Below are positions 28,401 to 41,870 of a stretch of DNA of 64,000 bases, piece by piece. Position 1 is the stretch's first letter; each line of letters begins with the position of its first letter. The notes beneath the pieces were generated by a model that was not told the origin of the DNA, ran no database searches, and saw only the letters and a list, made by a program, of their open reading frames with translations. Position numbers and translations under genes: made by a program. The DNA is from Eledone cirrhosa (taxonomy: Eukaryota): assembly GCA_964016885.1 (NCBI GenBank), contig OZ024760.1, forward strand, positions 30,318,001-30,382,000. Reading direction: 5' to 3'.

Positions 28401-31400
28401 GTAATATGTAATGTAATGTGTAATGTAATGTAATGTAACGTGTAATGTAATGTAATGTAATGTAATATAATGTAATGTAATGTGTAATGTAATGTAATGT
28501 AATGTAATGTAATACTCTTTTACTCTTTTACCTGTTTCAGCCATCCGGCTGAGGCCATGCTGGGGCACCGCCCTTGTCACATAATGTGTAATGTAATGTA
28601 AGGTAATGTAATGTAATGTCATGTAAAGTAATGTAATGTGTAATGTAATGTAATGTGTAATGTAATGTAATGAAATGTAACGTAATGTGTAATGTAATGT
28701 AATGTAATGTAATATAATGTGTAATGTAATGTAATATAATGTAATGTTTAATGTAATGTAATGTAATGTAATGTTATGTTTAATGTTATGTAATGTAATA
28801 TAATGTAATTTTTAATGCAATGTAATGTAATGTAATGTAATGTGTAAAGTAATGTAATGTAATGTAATGTAAAGTAATGTAATGTAATGTAATGTGTAAT
28901 GTAATGTAATGTAATGTGTAATGTAAAGTAATGTAACGTAATGTAATGTAATGTAATGTAATGTAATGTAATGTGTAATGTAATGTAATGTGTAATGTAA
29001 TGTAATGTAATGTAATGTAATGTAATGTAATGTAATGTAACGTAATGTAATGTAATGTAATGTAATGTAATGTAATGTGTAATGTAATGTAATGTAATAT
29101 AATGTGTAATGTAATGTAATGTAATATAATGTAATGTAATGTAATGTAATGTAATGTAATGTAATGTAATGTGTAATGTAATGTAATGTAATGTAATGTA
29201 ATGTAATGTAATGTGTAATGTAATGTAATGTAATGTAATGTAATGTAATGTAATGTAATGTAATGTGTATTGTGTAATGTAATGTAATGTAATGTGTAAT
29301 GTAATGTAATGTATTGTAATGTAATGTAATGTAATGTAATGTGTAATGTAATGTAATGTAATGTAACGTGTAACGTAACGTAATGTAATGTAATGTAATG
29401 TGTAATGTAATGTAATATAATGTAATATAATATAATGTGTAATGTAATGTAATGTAATGTAATGTGTAATGTAATGTAATGTAATGTGTAAAGTAATGTA
29501 ATGTAATGTAACGTTAAATGTAATGTAATGTAATGTAATGTGTAACGTAATGTAATGTAATGTAATGTAATGTGTAATGTAATGTAATGTAATGTAATGT
29601 AACGTAATGTAATGTGTAATGTAATGTAATGTGTAATGTAATGTAATGTAATGTAATGTAATGTAATGTAATGTAATGTGTAATGTAATGTAATGTAATG
29701 TAATGTAATGTAATGTAAGTGTAATGTAATGTAATGTAATGTAATGTAAAGTAATGTAATGTAATGTAATGTAATGTGTAACGTAATGTAATGTAATGTA
29801 ATGTAATGTAATGTAATGTAATGTAATGTGTAATGTAATGTAATGTAATGTAATGTAACGTAATGTAATGTAATGTGTAATGTAATGTAATGTAATATAA
29901 TGTAATGTAATGTAATGTGTAAAGTATTGTAATGTTTAATGTAATGTAATGTAATGTAATGTAATGTAATGTAATGTGTAATGTAATGTAATGTAATGTA
30001 ATGTGTAATGTAATGTAGTGTTTAACGTAATGTAATTTAATGTATTGTGTAATGTAATGTAATGAAATGTAATGTAACGTAATGTAAGGTAATGTAATGT
30101 GTAATGTAATGTAATGTAATGTAATGTAATGCAATGTGTAATGTATGTAATGTAATGTAATGTGTAATGTAATGTAATGTAATGTGTAATGTAATGTAAT
30201 GTAATGTGTAATGTAATGTAATGTAATGTAATGTGTAATGTAATGTAATGTAATGTAATGTAATGTAATGTGTAATGTAATGTAATGTAATGTAATGTAA
30301 TGTAATGTAACGTAATGTAACGTGTAACGTGAAGTAATGTAATGTAATGTAATGTAATGTAATGTAATGTGTAATGTAATGTAATATAATGTAATGTAAT
30401 GTGTAATGTAACGTAATGTAATGTAATGTAATGTAATGTGTCATGTAATGTAATGCAATGTAATGTGTAATGTAATGTAATGTAATGTAATGTGTAATGT
30501 AATCTAATGTAATGTAATGTAATGTAATGTAATGCAATGTAATGTAATGTAATGTAATGTGTAATGTAATGTAATGTAATGTGTAATGTAATGTAATGTA
30601 ATGTAATGTAATGTAATGTAATGTTTAATGTAATGTAATGTAATGTAATGTAATATAATGTAATTTTTAACGTAATGTAATGTGTAATGTAATGTAATGT
30701 GTAATGTAATGTAATGTAATGTAATGTAATGTGTAATGTGTAATGTAATGTAATGTAATGTAATGTAATGTAATGTAATGTAATGTAATGTGTAATGTAA
30801 TGTGTAATGTAATGTAATGTGTAATGTAATGTAATGTAATGTAATGTAATGTAATGTAATGTGTAATGTGTAATGTAATGTAATGTAATTTAATGAAATG
30901 TAATGAAATGTAATGTAATGTAATATGTAATGTAATGTAATGTAATATGGAATGTAATGTAATGTAATGTAATCTAATCTAATGTAATGTAATGTGTAAT
31001 GTAATGTAATGTAATGTAATGTAATGTAATGTAATGTGTAATGTAATGTAATGTGTAATGTAATGTAATGTAATGTAATGTAATATGTAATGTAAAGTAA
31101 TGTAATGTAATGTAATGAATTATGTAATGTAATGTAATGTAATGTAATGTAATGTAATGTGTAATGTAATGTAATGTAATATGTAACGTAATGTAATGTA
31201 ATGTAAAGTAATGTAATATGTAATGTAATGTAACGTAATGTAATGTATTGTAATGTAATGTAATGTAATGTGTAGTGTAATGTAATATAATGTAATGTAA
31301 AGTAATGTAATGTAATGTAATGTGTAATGTAATGTAATGTGTAATGTAATGTAATGTAATGTAATGTAATGTAATGTAATGTAATGTAACGTAATATAAT

Positions 31401-34400
31401 GTAATGTAATGTAAATTAAAGTGTAATGTAATGTAATCTAATGTAATTTAATCTAATGTGTAATGTAATGTTATGTAATGTAATGTAATGTGTAATGTAA
31501 CGTAATGTAATGTAATGTAATGTAAGGTAATGTAATGTAATGTAATGTAATGTAATGTAATGTGTAATGTAATGTAATGTAATGTAATGTGTAATGTAAT
31601 GTAATTTGTAATGTAATGTAATGTAATGTAGTGTGTAATGTAATGTAATGTAATGTAATGTAATGTAATGTGTAATGTAATGTAATGTAATGTAATGTAA
31701 TGTAATGTAATGTAATGTGTAATGTAATGTAATGTGTAATGTAATGTAATGTAATGTAATGTAATGCAATGTGTAATGTAATGTAATATAATGTAATGTA
31801 ATGTTTAATGTAATGTAATGTAATGTAATGTGTAATGTAATGTAATGTAATGTAACGTAATGTGTAATGTAATGTAAGGTAATGTAATGTAATGTAATGT
31901 AATGTAATGCAATATTTAATATGTAATGTAATGTAACGTAATGTAATGTAATGTAACGTAATGTAATGTAATGTAATGTAATGTAATGTAATATATAATG
32001 TAATGTGTAATGTAATGTAATGTAACGTGTAATGTAATGTAATGTAATGTAATATAATGTAATGTAATGTGTAATGTAATGTAATGTAATGTAATTTAAT
32101 GTAATGTAATGTAATGTAATGTAATGTAATGTAATGTAATGTAATGTAATGTAATATAATGTGTAATGAAATGTAATGTAATGTAATGTAATGTAATGTG
32201 TAATGTAATGTAATGTAATGTGTAATGTAATGTAATGTAATGTAATGTAATGTAATGTAATGTAATGTAATGTAATGTAATGAAATGTAACGTAATGTGT
32301 AATGTAATGTAATGTAATGTAATGTAATATAATGTGTAATGTAATGTAATATAATGTAATGTTTAATGTAATGTAATGTAATGTAATGTTATGTTTAATG
32401 TTATGTAATGTAATATAATGTAATTTTTAATGCAATGTAATGTAATGTAATGTAATGTAATGTAATGTAACGTAATGTAATGTGTAATGTAATGTAATGT
32501 GTAATGTAATGTAATGTAATGTAATGTAATGTGTAATGTAATGTAATGTAATGTAATGTAATGTAATGTAATGTAATGTAATGTAAGTGTAATGTAATGT
32601 AATGTAATGTAATGTAAAGTAATGTAATGTAATGTAACGTAATGTGTAACGTAATGTAATGTAATGTAATGTAATGTAATGTAATGTAATGTAATGTGTA
32701 ATGTAATGTAATGTAATGTAATGTAACGTAATGTAATGTAATGTGTAATGTAATGTAATGTAATATAATGTAATGTAATGTAATGTGTAAAGTATTGTAA
32801 TGTTTAATGTAATGTAATGTAATGTAATGTAATGTAATGTAATGTGTAATGTAATGTAATGTAATGTAATGTGTAATGTAATGTAATGTTTAACGTAATG
32901 TAATTTAATGTATTGTGTAATGTAATGTAATGAAATGTAATGTAACGTAATGTAAGGTAATGTAATGTGTAATGTAATGTAATGTAATGTAATGTAATGC
33001 AATGTGTAATGTATGTAATGTAATGTAATGTGTAATGTAATGTAATGTAATGTGTAATGTAATGTAATGTAATGTGTAATGTAATGTAATGTAATGTAAT
33101 GTGTAATGTAATGTAATGTAATGTAATGTGTAACGTAATGTAATGTAATATAATGTAATGTAACGTAATGTAATGTGTAACGTGAAGTAATGTAATGTAA
33201 TGTAATGTAATGTAATGTAATGTGTAATGTAATGTAATATAATGTAATGTAATGTGTAATGTAACGTAATGTAATGTAATGTAATGTAATGTGTCATGTA
33301 ATGTAATGCAATGTAATGTGTAATGTAATGTAATGTAATGTAATGTGTAATGTAATCTAATGTAATGTAATGTAATGTAATGTAATGTAATGCAATGTAA
33401 TGTAATGTAATGTAATGTGTAATGTAATGTAATGTAATGTGTAATGTAATGTAATGTAATGTAATGTTTAATGTAATGTAATGTAATGTAATGTAATGTA
33501 ATATAATGTAATTTTTAACGTAATGTAATGTGTAATGTAATGTAATGTGTAATGTAATGTAATATAATGTAATGTAATGTAATGTGTAAAGTATTGTAAT
33601 GTTTAATGTAATGTAATGTAATGTAATGTAATGTAATGTGTAATGTAATGTAATGTAATGTAATGTGTAATGTAATGTAATGTTTAACGTAATGTAATTT
33701 AATGTATTGTGTAATGTAATGTAATGAAATGTAATGTAACGTAATGTAAGGTAATGTAATGTGTAATGTAATGTAATGTAATGTAATGTAATGCAATGTG
33801 TAATGTATGTAATGTAATGTAATGTGTAATGTAATGTAATGTAATGTGTAATGTAATGTAATGTAATGTAATGTGTAATGTAATGTAATGTAATGTAATG
33901 TGTAACGTAATGTAATGTAATGTAATGTAATGTAACGTAATGTAATGTGTAACGTGAAGTAATGTAATGTAATGTAATGTAATGTAATGTAATGTAATGT
34001 GTAATGTAATGTAATATAATGTAATGTAATGTGTAATGTAACGTAATGTAATGTAATGTAATGTAATGTGTCATGTAATGTAATGCAATGTAATATGTAA
34101 TGTAATGTAATGTAATGTAATGTGTAATGTAATCTAATGTAATGTAATGTAATGTAATGTAATGCAATGTAATGTAATGTAATGTAATGTGTAATGTAAT
34201 GTAATGTAATGTGTAATGTAATGTAATGTAATGTAATGTAATGTTTAATGTAATGTAATGTAATGTAATTTTTAATGTAATGTAATGTAATGTAATGTAA
34301 TGTAATATAATGTAATTTTTAACGTAATGTAATGTGTAATGTAATGTAATGTGTAATGTAATGTAATGTAATGTAATGTAATGTGTAATGTGTAATGTAA

Positions 34401-37400
34401 TGTAATGTAATGTAATGTAATGTAATGTAATGTAATGTAATGTAATGTGTAATGTAATGTGTAATGTGTAATGTAATGTAATGTAATTTAATGAAATGTA
34501 ATGAAATGTAATGTAATGTAATATGTAATGTAATGTAACGTAATATGGAACGTAATGTAATGTAATGTAATCTAATCTAATCTAATGTAATGTGTAATGT
34601 AATGTAATGTAATGTAATGTAATGTAATGTAATGTGTAATGTAATGTAATGTGTAATGTAATGTAATGTAATGTAATATGTAATGTAAAGTAATGTAATG
34701 TAATGTAATGTAATATGTAATGTAATGTAATGTAATGTAATGTAATGTAATGTGTAATGTAATGTAATGTAATGTAATGTAATGTAATGTGTAATGTAAT
34801 GTAATGTGTAATGTAATGTAATGTAATGTAATGTAATGTAATGTAATGTGTAATGTAATGTAATGTAATGTAATGTAATGTAATGTAATGTGTAATGTAA
34901 TGTCATTTGTAATGTAATGTAATGTAATGTAGTGTGTAATGTAATGTAATGTAATGTAATGTAATGTAATGTAATGTGTAATGTAATGTAATGTAATGTA
35001 ATGTAATGTAATGTAATGTGTAATGTAATGTAATGTGTAATGTAATGTAATGCAATGTAATGTAATATGTAACGTAATGTAATGTAATGTAAAGTAATGT
35101 AATATGTAATGTAATGTAACGTAATGTAATGTAATATAATGTAATGTAAAGTAATGTAATGTAATGTAATGTGTAATGTAATGTAATGTGTAATGTAATG
35201 TAATGTCATGTAATGTAACGTAATATAATGTAATGTAAATTAAAGTGTAATGTAATGTAATCTAATGTAATGTAATCTAATGTGTAATGTAATGTTATGT
35301 AATGTAATGTAATGTGTAATGTAATGTAATGTAATGTAACGTAATGTGTAATGTAATGTAATTTGTAATGTAATGTAATGTAATGTAGTGTGTAATCTAA
35401 TGTAATGTAATGTAATGTAATGTAATGTAATGTGTAATGTAATGTAATGTAATGTAATGTAATGTGTAATGTAATGTAATGTAATGTGTAATGTAATGTA
35501 ATGTAATGTAATGTAATGCAATGTGTAATGTAATGTAATCTAATGTAATGTAATGTTTAATGTAATGTAATGTAATGTAATGTGTAATGTAATGTAATGT
35601 AATGTAACGTAATGTGTAATGTAATGTAAGGTAATGTAATGTAATGTAATGTAATGTAATGTGTAATGTAATGTAATGTAATGTAATGTGTAATGTAATG
35701 TAATGTGTAATGTAATGTAATGTAATGTAATTTAATGTAATGTGTAATGTAATGTCATGTAAAGTAATGTAATGTGTAATGTAATGTAATGTGTAATGTA
35801 ATGTAATGTAATGTAACGTAATGTAATGTAATGTAATGCAATATTTAATATGTAATGTAATGTAACGTAATGTAATGTAATGTAATGTAATGTAATGTAA
35901 TGTAATGTAATGTAATATGTAATGTAATGTGTAATGTAATGTAATGTAACGTGTAATGTAATGTAATGTAATGTAATATAATGTAATGTAATGTGTAATG
36001 TAATGTAATGTAATGTAATGTAATGTAATGTAATTTAATGTAATGTAATGTAATGTAATGTAATGTAATGTAATGTAATGTAATGTAATGTGTAATGAAA
36101 TGTAATGTAATGTAATGTAATGTGTAATGTAATGTAATGTAATGTGTAATGTAATGTAATGTAATGTAATGTAATGTAATGTAATGTAATGTAATGAAAT
36201 GTAACGTAATGTGTAATGTAATGTAATGTAATGAAATGTAATGTAATGTGTAATGTAATGTAATTCAATGTAGCGTAATGTAATGTAATGTAACGTAATG
36301 TAACGTAATGTAATGTGTAATGTAATGTAATGTAATGTAACATAATGTGTAATGTAATGTAAGGTAATGTAATGTAATGTCATGTAAAGTAATGTAATGT
36401 GTAATGTAATGTAATGTGTAATGTAATGTAATGTAATGTAACGTAATGTAATGTAATGTAATGCAATATTTAATATGTAATGTAATGTAACGTAATGTAA
36501 TGTAATGTAACGTAATGTAATGTAATGTAATGTAATGTAATGTAATGTAATGTAATGTAATGTAATGTAATATGTAATGTAATGTGTAATGTAATGTAAT
36601 GTAACGTGTAATGTAATGTAATGTAATGTAATATAATGTAATGTAATGTGTAATGTAATGTAATGTAATGTAATGTAATGTAATTTAATGTAATGTAATG
36701 TAATGTAATGTAATGTAATGTAATGTAATGTGTAATGAAATGTAATGTAATGTAATGTAATGTAATGTGTAATGTAATGTAATGTAATGTGTAATGTAAT
36801 GTAATGTAATGTAATGTAATGTAACTAATGTAATGTAATGTAATGTAATGAAATGTAACGTAATGTGTAATGTAATGTAATGTAATGTAATATAATGTGT
36901 AATGTAATGTAATATAATGTAATGTTTAATGTAATGTAATGTAATGTAATGTTATGTTTAATGTTATGTAATGTAATATAATGTAATTTTTAATGCAATG
37001 TAATGTAATGTAATGTAATGTGTAAAGTAATGTAATGTAATGTAATGTAAAGTAATGTAATGTAATGTAATGTGTAATGTAATGTAATGTAATGTGTAAT
37101 GTAAAGTAATGTAACGTAATGTAATGTAATGTAATGTAATGTAATGTAATGTGTAATGTAATGTAATGTGTAATGTAATGTAATGTAATGTAATGTAATG
37201 TAATGTAATGTAATGTAACGTAATGTAATGTAATGTAATGTAATGTAATGTAATGTGTAATGTAATGTAATGTAATATAATGTGTAATGTAATGTAATGT
37301 AATATAATGTAATGTAATGTAATGTAATGTAATGTAATGTAATGTAATGTGTAATGTAATGTAATGTAATGTAATGTAATGTAATGTGTAATGTAATGTA

Positions 37401-40400
37401 ATGTAATGTAATGTAATGTAATGTAATGTAATGTAATGTGTATTGTGTAATGTAATGTAATGTAATGTGTAATGTAATGTAATGTATTGTAATGTAATGT
37501 AATGTAATGTAATGTGTAATGTAATGTAATGTAATGTAACGTGTAACGTAACGTAATGTAATGTAATGTAATGTGTAATGTAATGTAATATAATGTAATA
37601 TAATATAATGTGTAATGTAATGTAATGTAATGTAATGTGTAATGTAATGTAATGTAATGTGTAAAGTAATGTAATGTAATGTAACGTTAAATGTAATGTA
37701 ATGTAATGTAATGTGTAACGTAATGTAATGTAATGTAATGTAATGTGTAATGTAATGTAATGTAATGTAATGTAACGTAATGTAATGTGTAATGTAATGT
37801 AATGTGTAATGTAATGTAATGTAATGTAATGTAATGTAATGTAATGTAATGTAATGTGTAATGTAATGTAATGTAATGTAATGTAATGTAATGTAAGTGT
37901 AATGTAATGTAATGTAATGTAATGTAAAGTAATGTAATGTAATGTAATGTAATGTGTAACGTAATGTAATGTAATGTAATGTAATGTAATGTAATGTAAT
38001 GTGTAATGTAATGTAATGTAATGTAATGTAACGTAATGTAATGTAATGTGTAATGTAATGTAATGTAATATAATGTAATGTAATGTAATGTGTAAAGTAT
38101 TGTAATGTTTAATGTAATGTAATGTAATGTAATGTAATGTAATGTAATGTGTAATGTAATGTAATGTAATGTAATGTGTAATGTAATGTAGTGTTTAACG
38201 TAATGTAATTTAATGTATTGTGTAATGTAATGTAATGAAATGTAATGTAACGTAATGTAAGGTAATGTAATGTGTAATGTAATGTAATGTAATGTAATGT
38301 AATGCAATGTGTAATGTATGTAATGTAATGTAATGTGTAATGTAATGTAATGTAATGTGTAATGTAATGTAATGTAATGTGTAATGTAATGTAATGTAAT
38401 GTGTAATGTAATGTAATGTAATGTAATGTAATGTAATGTGTAATGTAATGTAATGTAATGTAATGTAATGTAATGTAACGTAATGTAATGTGTAACGTGA
38501 AGTAATGTAATGTAATGTAATGTAATGTAATGTAATGTGTAATGTAATGTAATATAATGTAATGTAATGTGTAATGTAACGTAATGTAATGTAATGTAAT
38601 GTAATGTGTCATGTAATGTAATGCAATGTAATGTGTAATGTAATGTAATGTAATGTAATGTGTAATGTAATCTAATGTAATGTAATGTAATGTAATGTAA
38701 TGTAATGCAATGTAATGTAATGTAATGTAATGTGTAATGTAATGTAATGTAATGTGTAATGTAATGTAATGTAATGTAATGTAATGTAATGTTTAATGTA
38801 ATGTAATGTAATGTAATGTAATATAATGTAATTTTTAACGTAATGTAATGTGTAATGTAATGTAATGTGTAATGTAATGTAATGTAATGTAATGTAATGT
38901 GTAATGTGTAATGTAATGTAATGTAATGTAATGTAATGTAATGTAATGTAATGTAATGTGTAATGTAATGTGTAATGTAATGTAATGTGTAATGTAATGT
39001 AATGTAATGTAATGTAATGTAATGTAATGTGTAATGTGTAATGTAATGTAATGTAATTTAATGAAATGTAATGAAATGTAATGTAATGTAATATGTAATG
39101 TAATGTAATGTAATATGGAATGTAATGTAATGTAATGTAATCTAATCTAATGTAATGTAATGTGTAATGTAATGTAATGTAATGTAATGTAATGTAATGT
39201 AATGTGTAATGTAATGTAATGTGTAATGTAATGTAATGTAATGTAATGTAATATGTAATGTAAAGTAATGTAATGTAATGTAATGAAATATGTAATGTAA
39301 TGTAATGTAATGTAATGTAATGTAATGTGTAATGTAATGTAATGTAATATGTAACGTAATGTAATGTAATGTAAAGTAATGTAATATGTAATGTAATGTA
39401 ACGTAATGTAATGTAATGTAATGTAATGTAATGTAATGTGTAGTGTAATGTAATATAATGTAATGTAAAGTAATGTAATGTAATGTAATGTGTAATGTAA
39501 TGTAATGTGTAATGTAATGTAATGTAATGTAATGTAATGTAACGTAATATAATGTAATGTAATGTAAATTAAAGTGTAATGTAATGTAATCTAATGTAAT
39601 GTAATCTAATGTGTAATGTAATGTTATGTAATGTAATGTAATGTGTAATGTAACGTAATGTAATGTAATGTAATGTAAGGTAATGTAATGTAATGTAATG
39701 TAATGTAATGTGTAATGTAATGTAATGTAATGTAATGTAATGTGTAATGTAATGTAATTTGTAATGTAATGTAATGTAATGTAGTGTGTAATGTAATGTA
39801 ATGTAATGTAATGTAATGTAATGTGTAATGTAATGTAATGTAATGTAATGTAATGTAATGGGTAATGTAATGTAATGTGTAATGTAATGTAATGTAATGT
39901 AATGTAATGTAATGCAATGTGTAATGTAATGTAATATAATGTAATGTAATGTTTAATGTAATGTAATGTAATGTAATGTGTAATGTAATGTAATGTAATG
40001 TAACGTAATGTGTAATGTAATGTAAGGTAATGTAATGTAATGTAATGTAATGTAATGTGTAATGTAATGTAATGTAATGTAATGTGTAATGTAATGTAAT
40101 GTGTAATGTAATGTAATGTAATGTAATTTAATGTAATGTGTAATGTAATGTCATGTAAAGTAATGTAATGTGTAATGTAATGTAATGTGTAATGTAATGT
40201 AATGTAATGTAACGTAATGTAATGTAATGTAATGCAATATTTAATATGTAATGTAATGTAACGTAATGTAATGTAATGTAACGTAATGTAATGTAATGTA
40301 ATGTAATGTAATGTAATATATAATGTAATGTGTAATGTAATGTAATGTAACGTGTAATGTAATGTAATGTAATATAATGTAATGTAATGTGTAATGTAAT

Positions 40401-41870
40401 GTAATGTAATGTAATTTAATGTAATGTAATGTAATGTAATGTAATGTAATGTAATGTAATGTAATGTAATGTAATATAATGTGTAATGAAATGTAATGTA
40501 ATGTAATGTAATGTAATGTGTAATGTAATGTAATGTAATGTGTAATGTAATGTAATGTAATGTAATGTAATGTAATGTAATGTAATGTAATGTAATGAAA
40601 TGTAACGTAATGTGTAATGTAATGTAATGTAATGTAATGTAATATAATGTGTAATGTAATGTAATATAATGTAATGTTTAATGTAATGTAATGTAATGTA
40701 ATGTTATGTTTAATGTTATGTAATGTAATATAATGTAATTTTTAATGCAATGTAATGTAATGTAATGTAATGTAATGTAATGTAACGTAATGTAATGTGT
40801 AATGTAATGTAATGTGTAATGTAATGTAATGTAATGTAATGTAATGTGTAATGTAATGTAATGTAATGTAATGTAATGTAATGTAATGTAATGTAATGTA
40901 AGTGTAATGTAATGTAATGTAATGTAATGTAAAGTAATGTAATGTAATGTAATGTAATGTGTAACGTAATGTAATGTAATGTAATGTAATGTAATGTAAT
41001 GTAATGTAATGTGTAATGTAATGTAATGTAATGTAATGTAACGTAATGTAATGTAATGTGTAATGTAATGTAATGTAATATAATGTAATGTAATGTAATG
41101 TGTAAAGTATTGTAATGTTTAATGTAATGTAATGTAATGTAATGTAATGTAATGTAATGTGTAATGTAATGTAATGTAATGTAATGTGTAATGTAATGTA
41201 ATGTTTAACGTAATGTAATTTAATGTATTGTGTAATGTAATGTAATGAAATGTAATGTAACGTAATGTAAGGTAATGTAATGTGTAATGTAATGTAATGT
41301 AATGTAATGTAATGCAATGTGTAATGTATGTAATGTAATGTAATGTGTAATGTAATGTAATGTAATGTGTAATGTAATGTAATGTAATGTGTAATGTAAT
41401 GTAATGTAATGTAATGTGTAATGTAATGTAATGTAATGTAATGTGTAACGTAATGTAATGTAATATAATGTAATGTAACGTAATGTAATGTGTAACGTGA
41501 AGTAATGTAATGTAATGTAATGTAATGTAATGTAATGTGTAATGTAATGTAATATAATGTAATGTAATGTGTAATGTAACGTAATGTAATGTAATGTAAT
41601 GTAATGTGTCATGTAATGTAATGCAATGCAATGTAATGTGTAATGTAATGTAATGTAATGTAATGTGTAATGTAATCTAATGTAATGTAATGTAATGTAA
41701 TGTAATGTAATGCAATGTAATGTAATGTAATGTAATGTGTAATGTAATGTAATGTAATGTGTAATGTAATGTAATGTAATGTAATGTTTAATGTAATGTA
41801 ATGTAATGTAATGTAATGTAATATAATGTAATTTTTAACGTAATGTAATGTGTAATGTAATGTAATGTGT
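25450..41870. repeat. Tandem segmental duplication, ~8.1-8.3 kb unit x2 (junction near 33545)
   Basis: Paired variants: AAAGTATTG 25500/33588, GTCATGTAATGTAACGTAATAT ~27093/~35206, ACATAATGTGT...AAGGT...GTCATGTAAAG 28180/36341, GTAGTGTTTAACG ~30016/~38189, GAA(T/A)TATG ~31116/~39285. Confidence 0.88.
28514..28575 (-). mobile_element. Severely 5'-truncated 3' end of a non-LTR retroposon (LINE, or SINE with a LINE-derived tail)
   Basis: Minus strand reads AAGGGCGGTGCCCCAGCATGGCCTCAGCCGGATGGCTGAAACAGGTAAAAGAGTAAAAGAGT: a GC-rich island, a 6-bp hairpin (TCAGCC-GGAT-GGCTGA), then a short tandem tail (GTAAAAGA)x2. Stem-loop plus short-repeat tail is the established 3' architecture of stringent LINEs (L2/CR1/RTE-type) and their partner SINEs. 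From memory it resembles a common octopus SINE/LINE 3' end; the clade is not determined. Confidence 0.8.

Noticed and set aside
28104-28622. ORF containing the unique peptide RAVPQHGLSRMAETGKRVKEY
   Set aside because: It is a chance read-through of the 62-bp non-coding retroposon tail between satellite sequence.
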